A DNA stretch of 59,655 bases, the filler included, from Diploschistes diacapsis (Eukaryota): assembly GCA_023645945.1 (NCBI GenBank). It is 7 parts of 7 records of this genome, joined end to end, with 100 filler letters (N's around TTAATTAATTAA, not from the genome) between each part and the next. Parts side by side here need not be neighbours in the genome. Positions count along the whole stretch, not along the records: positions 34,166 to 42,599 come from JALAIB010001154.1; positions 42,700 to 51,132 come from JALAIB010001155.1; 5 more parts are not named here. The stretch is one strand, 5' to 3'. Of the stretch, positions 37,735-48,426 are shown in pieces. Position 1 is the stretch's first letter, and every line of letters begins with the position of its first letter. The notes beneath the pieces are model-generated. The model ran no database searches. It had not been told where the DNA came from and saw only the letters and a program-made list of their open reading frames with translations. Both the position numbers and the translations under genes were made by a program.

Positions 37735-40156
37735 TCAAACCATCATGCTCCTCCTCCTAGCCGCCGCCCTCTCCGCCCTCCCCAGCGTGCCATTCCTCGC
37801 TATCTCGCCATTCGCCTCCCCCTTCTCCTCGTTCCCTCTATCAGCTTTCAAGCCTCCGGCGGCACTGTTCGACCTTGCTAGCCCCACAGCATGTTCTCTT
37901 GGTTTCGGTCCAGCCTTGATTTCGGACATGCTCGAGTGCCTTCTTGAAAATCTGCTCGACGAGTTCGATAATCTCCCTGGGACGTGGCCCTGGCTTGGAA
38001 CGTGCTCCTTCACTAGGTCCTTGGGGTCCGCCTTGAGGGGGGAAGAATCGTTGAACTCGTATATATCCAGATTCGTCTTCTCGCCGCTCAGTCTGCGCTG
38101 GACTTCGGCTGCTTTTCTGGCGCGGGAGAGACGCTCTTGCGAGCCCGCTACGAGGGCGGCGATTGTGCTTTGCGAAACGGTGCTGCTGGGGGCTGCGGGA
38201 AGCGATGGCGCGGACATGTCCTCGGAGCCGCGCTGAGCGATGGAGCTACGTCTTCGGCGGTCCGTTAGTACGGTCGACGGGAGCTCGGTGGGCGGAGGGT
38301 GCGAGAACTTGTTACTAAGAGGGCTAGGGGGCTCCACAGGCTCATGAGATTTGCTTATGGGGAGCTTCTTCCATTCTGCCGTTTCGGGCTCGTCCTCTTT
38401 CTGGATGAACATGGTAGAGTCTGCCTTCGTCGAGTTTTCATTTGAAGTGACGTGGGTCGAAGCCTTTGCGCTCGTAGCAACGGCGTCGACTAGCTCCTTG
38501 CCTGGTCTCCGCATCTTGTCACGAAGGCTTGGCTCGGCATAACTGACTGCTGCTCGTTGTCTTCGGCTTGGTCGACCGCCTTCATTGGCTTGCGAACCCA
38601 GATCAGCCGGTGGTGGAGTATCTCGAGAGTCTGGCCTTAAAGAAGGCTGAGAGTCCATGGGCGAGAACAAGTCTGTTTGCGGAGGTGCTGGAGTAATCGG
38701 GGCAAGCTCCTTAGGCCCTGCTGGAGCATCTATTTCTTTAGTAGCAGATGTCTCCCGCTGGCTTGTTTTCTCAGCGCTAACTTTCTTTCTAGTTTGCTCC
38801 TGGACTTTCAGCTTCGGAGGAGCACTGTTCTTGTCCAAGTCTTTGGCTTTCAGTAGACCGCCTGCCTTGGGTTTTACGGGAGATACGATTGGGTCTGTGT
38901 TGACACTTTCTGATCACTTGTCAGCACAAAGACTGACAAATAGAAGCGCATAGACTCACTCTCTCCAAGTGCTTTCCTTTGGGGCTTTAGGACAACTGTG
39001 TCTCGCTTTCGGTCGAGGGATGTCTGCTCCGAAGCCATTTCCGGGAGTGCTCCGGCGACAGAGTTTTGGTAATGGCTTGGCTTTGTAGCAGATCCAGCTC
39101 TACGGTTAAAAGCAAAACCATCCAGATCCGATTGTTTGGGTTGGACGTTGGGAACGTCTTCATCCCGACTGCTCAACTTTCGCTTTGCACCAGCTCTTAA
39201 GGGGTGTCCTAATGCAGACGAGAGACCATTCGATTCTTCCAATTCCTTGCTGGGCGCTCGATCTTCGGTATCCTTTGTCGCCCTGATAACCGAACTTACC
39301 CTGCGTTTTCGCCTTGTCTCAAGGTTTGCAAAGCCAAGGTCTCGCGGGACATCGGAGCCTTCTTGCCCTTTGTTTATATTGGGCGGAGCAGCACAGGGAC
39401 TTTTATCGCCCAAGTCATGCTTGATAGGATCACCTTCCTCAAAGTGTGCAACAGGTGGCGGCCCTAGCTCTGGTGATTCCGTAATAATGCCGAGGTCAGC
39501 AGCGGTATTTTTAAGTTCCTCAGCACTACTCTGTGTCAGCATTGTTTCTTTCATTCCCACTGTAACATACTCGAGAGTTCGCCTTGGAAAGTACTTCCCC
39601 TCCACTATTGGCGCCAGGCCGGTAACCTCGGGTCCACACATCGTGTTCCTCCAGTTGCGCTGCTGTGTCGGCGAACGTTGAAATGACCGCCTTCTCGTAG
39701 TCTTTGGTGCGGGGGTAGGCTTGGGTCTTTCCGTATGAGCTTTATCCAGCAGGACCATCAACTCATTCAATTCGGCAACTTTCGTGACGAGCTTCTCCTT
39801 AACTGAACCGACATTCTGAAGTGCGCGCCTGCCGAGATCCCTCTCAAGCTCTTGCCTAAGCTGATTATTCTCCTCTCGCAATGTGATGTTATCCGAGAGT
39901 AATTGCGAGCGATCGGCTTCTAAGTTTGCGATTCGTATATTCAGCGTTGAGTTTGACCTAGGGAAGAATTAACCTGAGAACTCAAAAAACTGCCGTAGGA
40001 AAGACTGACTTTGCCAGTTCCCTGTTCTGTCTTATGAACCTGCGCTTCACTAGAGCACCTTTGTTAGCTGGCCAAATCTTGATCCAAACGATAAACCGAA
40101 GACGCACAAGCTTCAACCGATTCGCCGATCACAGGTGCTTCGTTCAATCGTGCCAT
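37735..40156 (-). CDS. SGO1: Shugoshin, multi-exon
   Basis: N-terminal MARLNE..|LKRRFIRQNRELAK|SNS coiled coil and C-terminal SGO motif RPSRRQRAAVSYAEPSLRDKMRRP. Confidence 0.92.
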
Positions 40157-40750
40157 GAGAGCCAGACTGAATAAGAGAGCATCAACCCGTATGTAGGCTT
40201 TGATTCTTTGGGTTTAAGCTCTGCAAGATTAATTCTGTGGTGTTGACAATACTAAGTTACGAGTTCAACAGATTCTCGCTTACAAACGAAAGTAAACAAC
40301 AGAGCGAAAAAGGGTTTAGCACACCTCGGGCTCCGCTGAAATTTCTTGGCTATATGTGCAAAACATCCAGCATGCTCGAGGTGCTCTCCTCTTCTAGATA
40401 TTTCTACCTGGAAAGAAAGAAACGCTTATTGATAGTTGCAGAGATGCAATAACATGTTCATCGGAACCCTCTCCAAGTGTCCATGATGTGTCTTACAAGT
40501 CCTTCGGGCAAATACTAACCGAATGCTAAACGTTCAAGCCTTCCCCATGGGTCTATATCACCGTCAAGTATGGGAACACCATATATCACCTGAACGGGAT
40601 CTCAGCTATAGCAGAGTTCGATCAATGGCTTGCGATCTAGGGGATCCGCCGTCCGCCTAGTTGCCCTATCAATGATGTTCTCCCACTGTGCTTATTCCTT
40701 TTCTTATCTCATGACTCAAATTCCCAGCTCAATATTCACAACTCGCTCCT

Positions 40751-41014
40751 TCACCACTTCTTGCCCTCCCCAGCTGCCCTGAGGCCTTCTCCGACTCTCT
40801 TGGTTCCTCCTTCGACTCCTGTGCCAACGGCCACAATGCCGTTCGCAACGGGCTTTCCTACCCCGCCGGTGGCGCCTTCGATGGTCTCGCCTACCCCCCT
40901 CGCTCCAGCACCCACGATTCCTCCGATAGTATCACCAACCCCCGCCACTGTGTGAGTAACTGTCGAGCTGACAAACTTGGCTGCCCCGGACACGCCACTG
41001 TTAGATGAGGACAT
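40751..41014 (-). CDS. Small Gly/Val/Ala-rich protein (87 aa) with 11-residue repeats
   Basis: ATG 41014 in GCAATGT context. Repeats GVGDTIGGIVG, GVGETIEGATG, GVGKPVANGIV, AVGTGVEGGTK, RVGEGLRAAGE. Confidence 0.7.
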   Translation of the reverse strand: MSSSNSGVSGAAKFVSSTVTHTVAGVGDTIGGIVGAGARGVGETIEGATGGVGKPVANGIVAVGTGVEGGTKRVGEGLRAAGEGKKW

Positions 41015-41205
41015 TGCTGTAGCGTTGCGAGGCCGGAGGGTATGATATCCGGAGAGGTCCAGTGGATGGCACGAAATTCGTTTAGAGTCAAGGAACGATA
41101 ATATCAACAGGGTTGCAAAGGCTTTGAAACTGCTATGGCAAAGCAAGAGTGAGGTGAACTTAAATATCTCGAGAATTGCGCTTATACGCCACGTGAGCAG
41201 ATCAA

Positions 41206-41215
41206 CTGACGTCAG
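41206..41215. promoter_or_regulatory. Palindromic CRE (ATF/CREB bZIP) site
   Basis: CTGACGTCAG ~190 bp upstream of the ATG at 41014. Confidence 0.4.
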
Positions 41216-42599
41216 ATAGTGCAAGGATAAGGCCTAACTTTTTCCCAAATGGAGTACTTCATACTGCACCTTCCACTATTTTGAACCGCGTAGAAGCTGG
41301 GGACTCTGTTCACAAAGCTTGACTGCCTGCTGGATGGAGCTGGTAGGAATGGAGATATCGCCAATAGTTGTCAATAAGAGCAGGAGGGGAGCTGAGCAGC
41401 GTGCACTGCGCCCACTTGCAATTAGTAGGATACAGGCCCTGTTTCATTGTTCATCTGCTGTTGTTTTCACAAAAGATTTGATTTGGAATCTCTGAGCAGG
41501 ATAGAATAGGAAGCATCTCCAGAGATCACAGGTGAGCCGCGCGGCTATTCTGCTTGGAGACTTATAATCAAACCCCTCGCTTTCTAAAGCCCAGCTTTTG
41601 CACTCATCATCACCATCGAGTTACGCAATCAGGAAGGAAACAAACTCCAACTCTTGAGAGCGCGTCTACAGCGTCATCTCCCCTGCTACGGTTCACCAAC
41701 GAGGCGAGACGAATGCCGAAAAGTGAGCAGTTCCGATGATCTCCCGCGCACGCGCTTCTCAAGCTCCGCGACGAGCCTGAATTGTGGCACTGCAAGCATG
41801 CCGGCGACTTTCACTGCCTTTTTCGTGTCGCGGGATCTTGCGTTGTTCGCAAAGGAATTAAGTTCATAGTTACGTCGAATATGGAGGTGGACGTGCAGGA
41901 TGTGGGACAATGGGGATGGGAAAAGGAAAGCCCGTAGAAGCAGCGGATGGGCTAGAACCAAGCTTCCTCGCTGAAGATAGATAGCCGTATGTATTTTTGT
42001 TGCCTTGATACGTAGTGATCTCTGCTGAAACTTCCTGGCTTAGCCGCCTGTTTCCTCGTCACCGCTTGCAATATAGTTGCGAATGCGAGCCATTTTTTCA
42101 GTGCATGCGTGACCGAAGATGGGACATCTAGAGTTCTGGCAGTGCGACATTGTTCTTAATAGCCAGAGCCACAACATGCTACACACTACTACAGGACTTA
42201 GTACGGTGGGAATAAGGTTGGAGCTGTAGGGAGGTACGGAGTGGGTGCAGTGGACCTCGTTGTTTTACTGTAATGGGGCAGCTTCGGGGTTTTGACCGAA
42301 CAGGAAGCTGACCCTAATTGTAATAGGAGTTCAGCAGTTAAGTTGCTAAAGCTCTGGCGAGATTTACTATACTATGCTAATCACATATCGATCATGACGC
42401 TGCCAGACAAGCCGATGCAATGACTCCGTCGCAGCAGTAATCGAAACCGCCGCTCGTAAGCAACCGTACTCCTCCCGCCCCCAAACGTTGCAGAGACTCC
42501 TCCAGCGCCTTGTCCCCTCCACTCGATCCCAACTTCCCATCCCCTTTTGCGCACTCGCCACTGTAATCCTCGCCCGCCAATTTCCACTCACCCCCCCTC

Positions 42600-42699
42600 N
42601 NNNNNNNNNNNNNNNNNNNNNNNNNNNNNNNNNNNNNNNNNNNTTAATTAATTAANNNNNNNNNNNNNNNNNNNNNNNNNNNNNNNNNNNNNNNNNNNN
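42600..42699. other. Artificial contig linker
   Basis: N44-TTAATTAATTAA-N44. Confidence 0.98.
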
Positions 42700-43490
42700 C
42701 TTTGGGGCGGGAGACGGGGACGGTGGGGTTGAGGAGGAAGAAGGGCGTCGAGGAGAGGCGCGGGCGGTTGGCTGGTGCTGGTGCGGGTGGGGGTGCGGTC
42801 GCGGAAAGAGCGTGCGCTGTTGGATGAGGGACGGTCGCATGAAGAGAGGCATGCTGGGTCAGAGATACCTCGTAAGAAACTTTACGCAGATCCAGGGCAC
42901 GGCCCGTTCAAGTCATTTTGGCACGTGAAGGGCCCGGCGAGATGGACTTGGGCGGGCTCGCAAAAATGATAATCCATCATGGGTGCATGGAGTTGACCGG
43001 AGGAATAGTTTTGCCGTACTCACTCCGTAGCTTCTGCACCCAAAGAGGCAAGAGATAGCCAACCCCTTAGAGGACGAGTAGATGTTTGGGAGGGACAAGA
43101 CAGCTATAATGTATTTTTGCTACAAGCGCTAATGCATATACGTATACCGAAATTGATATTGATCTATTAAGGTCTCCATCCCTCCTTGACAAGCAGAGCC
43201 TCTTGTGCTCTTCATTACGTCGTACAATCGCATCAACTGGGTCAACTCGATCTCTTACTGTGCTCGCGATATCTGATTCACAGAGATGTTTGTTGTTTGC
43301 ACCGTTTTACTTACCCTTAATTCCCTTACACTTCGAGGGTCCGTTGAATGTTCTTCCTGTTGCTATAGATCACGAGAGGGTTAGAGGCGTAGCGGCATTT
43401 CTCCAACATATTTTCGGCTTCCAGTGGTCCAAGTTGAGGCTTTCGCACAGGGCCTTCAAGTTTTCCGGCTGCTCCTGCTAGTCAAGACTT

Positions 43491-44419
43491 TCATGAAGCA
43501 GTAGCAATAGATCCCGAATGGTTCGCGTCTTGAGAATCGGATGGTCGACCGAGTCCTTCATCCCCACACATCGCTTTGAGCGCCTCCTCCCTCACCTTGC
43601 CCGGATCTTCGAACTTTTTGATCTCCAGCCCCGTCTCCGCCTCTCCAGCCTCGACCCTCTTCATCTTGATAACCGCCCATTGGGATGTTAGGCTTCTTTG
43701 CCATGCCTCCTTATAACGCTGCATGGTCTTCTGCCTACCCCATTTGTCCCAAATGTCCCACTTCTGCGCAAGCATGCGAGCTAGCTCCTGTGAGCGCGGA
43801 TGGAGAAATGTAAGCTTCTCCAGGCGGAAAAAGCCGTCAAAATGGAAGATTGCCCCTGAGGAGCCATGCCGGATCTTTTGCACGAAGACGGGAACAGGTG
43901 TCAGATCACGAGGGACTTCGACTTCGTGAGAGCCGGGGCTTTCAGCGGCGAGGCCCTCGGCGGCTTCGGCATCTTCGTTCGTACTCTGATCGTTGGTAAA
44001 AGATGTACTATCATGAGAAGCCGCCTGGAACGCGTCATGGTACCCGGGCAGGAAGGAGATATTTGTTTAGCGATGATCCTATCAGAGTCCCACCTGGGGT
44101 GAGCATCTTTAAATAATATCACGTACGCCAGCTTCATTGGATACTCCAGCGAGTCATTGAGATTTGACCGCGTAAGTTCCTGGTAAGTTTGGCCAGCAAA
44201 TTGCATATGGATTTCTTCCACCGCCTGAGCATCGGGGTCATGAGCACGTGGATTTTCATGTCTCGACTTGCTAGGCTCAAATCTAAGGTCCTCGAGTGTT
44301 CTTATTGGCAAAGTATCGCTTGCCTGTGGACACTTGGTAGAATTAGGATATGCTCCTGTACTCCTATTCTCTTGCTGCTGATGGCGGAACGCCGGAGGAA
44401 CGTAGCGACCTATACCCAT
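43491..44419 (-). pseudogene. Hypothetical protein gene interrupted by an apparent frameshift near 44067 (pseudogene or sequencing error)
   Basis: Frame 1 reads ..LAYVILFKDAHPRWDSDRIIAK. Adding one A in GCTAAACAAAT continues as TNISFLPG..PVPVFVQ..FHFDGFFRLEKLTFLHPRSQELARMLAQKW..WAVIKM to the stop at 43491. No intron signals at the junction. Confidence 0.6.
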
Positions 44420-45055
44420 GTCGAAAGAAATTTCTCCTAGAACGGCGGGAAAGTATTAATAGATGGGAAATAGCCTGGATTACTTGGCATGATTATAGAG
44501 CCATGTCAAGATCTCAACTGCAAGGTTTTAGCCACCCTTGAATGTTACAGTGTGCCGCCTCAACAATCTTGTACAATAAATATGTATCTAGAGTTAATAC
44601 TTGTACATTACTCATCCGTTTTATGCCAATATACTGAACTGGCTATCACCTCAGCTAGGCTGTCCAGCCCCATTTAAGTTCAGCTTCTCAAAGTTCTTTC
44701 GAGGACTTGTAGGTTATCAGGGATAGCCTCAAAGAGTGATGCGTGTGCATAAATAATGGATATAGAGTATGTTCCTGAACCCATGCGGGTGCGCAGACAA
44801 CTCTTCCTATAACGTAGCGTGCACCATTATCTCTGCTTCCACTCAATCATTGCACGAGGGCCCTATTCAATGCAAAGGCCATCTCATGCAGTCTCATATC
44901 ATGACGACGTTCCCATGTTCAAAGAAACTCTACCTACCATGCTAACCCAAAACGCCGTAGCCATCGTCTACCCCTACGATCCAAAGATGACCGATGAAAG
45001 CTGATGCAAAGACAAGAACTCCATGGAATCCCTTGATAGTAGGGCTGAGCTTAAA

Positions 45056-47351
45056 TCAAAGTGGCAGAGGAGCCGTAGGGTCTTTGGTTATGATGAAAAC
45101 TTGGAGTATGCCGGCCAACCGGCGCATCCGTTGGTTTCGCCCATCTCTTGAAGCTTAGCCATCACTGTCGACTTGGATTCAGCGAAACTTACATTCGGAC
45201 TTTCCTGTCATCGCCAGCAGAAGCAAACATGCATGCTTCGACTGGGTTCCAAGCAATAGCGTTCACCGCGCCCCCATGGTGACCATTTAAAGTTTCAATG
45301 ATTGTCCCCCTTTCTTTGTTGAAAACGTACACCTTGCTATCTGAAAGCTTATCAGCCATTGTAGTACCTTGAAGATCAGCTCAAATACCTTCACTGCCGC
45401 TTATAACAAGATTTTCGTCGGCACCACCGAATGTGCTCCTGATTACGTACTCACCTTGCTTTTGGCCCAGAAAACGCTGGGTTATTTCGGCAGTATCAAG
45501 ATCAATCAGCTGTAGCTCACTATCCGCCATGTTGACTAGCATGTATCGAGAATCCCGGCTTATTGTGACGCTGGTCAGATTGGCGTTTAATCTTAGACTG
45601 TATTCCTCTTCCCTGTTATGTAAGTTGTAGACGTGTATTTGTGGCTCGTCAGAAAGCGTAACGAGGCGGGCACCGTTTGGAGAAATCGCGAGGGCTGCTA
45701 TCCGGTAGGTACTTGGCCAAGTATGAACTCTTTCGGCCTTTGCAGTCCACATATTTAGCGAAGACTCCTTGTCCAAAGACCCAGTGATGAATGACTGCCC
45801 ATCAGGGGTCCACGCAGCAGCCGTGACTGGTTCAGTGTGGTTTTGTATGGTGTACAGGCAATGGCCGCTAATCGCGTCCCAGAGCTTCGCTGTTTTGTCG
45901 TTTGAGCAAGTGACGATCTTCGTGTCGTCCGGACTCCAAGTAAGATGCCCGACAAACTGTGTATGCTCGGCCAATGTATAGATTTCCTGGAAAGTTGTGG
46001 TTTCATAGATTATTACACGATTTGGCTGGCCGCAAGTCGCCAATCTTGTGCCGTCATGGGAGAACTCAAGATACCAGACCTCGTCTTTCTGCGATATTTC
46101 ATGGATCGTTTGCAGAGGAAATTGATTCTTATCGCAGATGTGGTCCACGAAGAGAGACATTGGAGTCGTGGGATTGTGATAGTGGCATTTCGATAGTTGA
46201 CTTTGTTTTACTTGATTGAGCAGGGTGGCCAACCGGTGTTCGGGCATCATCACCGACGGCGATATGGACCTTGACAATTCAGCTAGAAGGATGTTCCTCG
46301 AAGACCCCTGAGCTCCATCCCATGCCGCTTGCGCTCTCAGATCTTCGGCAGACGGACAAACCATGAGACCAGAAAGGAAGTGAAGCTGCGAGACATCTCT
46401 GTGCAGTGGTGTCAGCTCTTGCCGAAGGACCATCAAAGCACCTGCGTGGTCCCTTTCTTCTAGTAACTCAAGGTACTTTTGTCTCCGTAACTGAAAGCGA
46501 AGTTCGTCTTTGTCGGAGCCTTCGGCGAGCGGCAAGCCTTCATGGCTTTGAGAATGCCCGTTGCTTATACGAACGCCTCCGCCGCTTTCTTCGGGGCCGA
46601 AGAGTAGGGATTCTGCCTCTGACCATTCACCGTCCAGGATGCTGTGCCGAAAAGCCGCAACCGAAGGGCTTTCAAGCTCGAAATTGCTTTCTCTCCGGAG
46701 TACACCCGAGGATTCATGATAACCCAAGTCGTTCAATGCCTGTAGCAAAAGTCTCGCTACTTCTTCTCGGGCATGACCGAAAAAGTTGGTGCCCGACAAA
46801 TCGCCTCTTGTACCATTGGCCAGTGTTGATGAATTCCCCTTCGCATGCCCATAGCTATTTGTTGCAGAAGATATTGTCCGCTTTTGGTACCCATTCGTAT
46901 GGTGTCCACTGTTATGCTGTGTGTATGCGCTATCGGAGTCACGGTGCATGTTCCTGGTCATGAGGCGTCTCCGCTTCGGAGTGGAAGGTCTACTAGATGT
47001 CCTTAGTCCTTCTCCCCCAACCCTTCCAGCATCCACAGATCCTGATTCGGTATGGCTTTGGGATTGAGAGCTTGTATTTCTCCTTAGCGTTCTCTCTGAT
47101 GACGAGCTTCGACGACGACGGCGTCTGTTGGTTCGAGTCGCAGAGGCAGTAGATACTGTACGATGTGTGTTCTCAGCGCTCCCTCCACCGGTATGGTCCT
47201 GCTCTTGGGTGAGGTGTCTTGGGGTGTCTTCGCTCGAGGAAGGGGTTGGGGCAGAGGTGATTGTGTTCGTAGGCAGCTGTGGGGAATTCGGAATGGATGG
47301 GCGGTCGGATGCGAATGGGGTGTGTATATTAGAGGGGTCCTCGTCTGCCAG
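45056..47351 (-). CDS. GID7: LisH/CTLH + WD40 protein, GID7/WDR26 (GID/CTLH E3 ligase subunit). Start uncertain: first in-frame ATG 46961, candidate CTG 47351
   Basis: REEVARLLLQALNDLGY (LisH), FRHSILDGEWSEA and QKYLELLE (CTLH), PEHRLATLLNQ, WD40s (EVWYLEFSHDG, GQKQGEYVIRSTFGG). Two 3' introns lead to TGA 45058-45056. Confidence 0.88.
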
Positions 47352-48426
47352 GTCGGCGAGGGTGATCCCACCGTGTTAAGGGCCAACGGAAAGCAGCCAA
47401 GATGTCTTGATCACTTCCCGTGGCAATCCGAGGGTTTCGAGGCAGGTTTCCCGCTTTGAGAAGCGAGATTATGCACTTGGTACTTGAAAAAGTAATTAAG
47501 ATGCTCGAACAGGCAGATCTTTTGCTGAAATAGATGATGCTCTCGGGAATGGTAGACTATGTCCTTGTTAGGCTGGAGGGGCTGTAGAACAGCGATAAGC
47601 TGGATAATCCCTGAGTTTAAATGGGCAAGAACGAGTGTGAGATGACCTTGACTGGAGGAATACCGCGTTTTGGAGATGGGAAGGTCCTAGACTGAAAGGA
47701 AGTATATATGGGAATCATCAGCGACGGTGACGTGAGATGAGTGCTGAGTTGTTGCGGGCCAAGTCGCCTGGGCCAGCCGCCCAAAGCTCGCCCCAACTAG
47801 AAGTATAGTTATCCCCACTACAGCCACACTACATGCCCCGGGGGGAAATGCAACAACTCGACTTAGGAAGGGGGCACAAGTTGGTCTCAGAAAACGATGA
47901 ATAATGACTTGATGTAGATACTTATAACTTATAGGCTATTTAATAACGATAGGGTTACACCTTCGCCCTGCTTTTCAAGCTAATCTTGGCTGGGACTCGT
48001 CTGTTACCTCTAAGCAGGCTTCTGGTTAATTGCTACTACAGCTACATAATGCTAAGAGGTGGCAGCTGACCTGGGGATTGGGCAGTGGTTCTTTACGTAC
48101 CTATACTAATAATAAAGCAACCGTGAATGTAGGATCCTAGCAAGGGTGAACTTCGAGAGTATGATCTCTGGGGATCAACCGGGGGATCAACCGCGACAAT
48201 ATCGCACACGAGCGCTAGATTGAACATGTGAAATGCAGCAGGAGAGCGCCAACGTGCGATGGGACAGTGAGTGGTAAAGGAATGAGGCATCTGGTTATCT
48301 CCGCACAAAGTCCGCAGTGCCACCACTGCTTACAGCTAGATACTAACAGCTGAGCTTCCTCACCGCGCAACACTCTTTCTTCAACTAACAGAAGCCGCCA
48401 CTGAGATCACGTCGTGATGAGCTTGT

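Noticed and set aside
41554..43100. Short ORFs around the fifth linker
   Set aside because: No recognisable motif or consistent exon chain; low-complexity contig ends.
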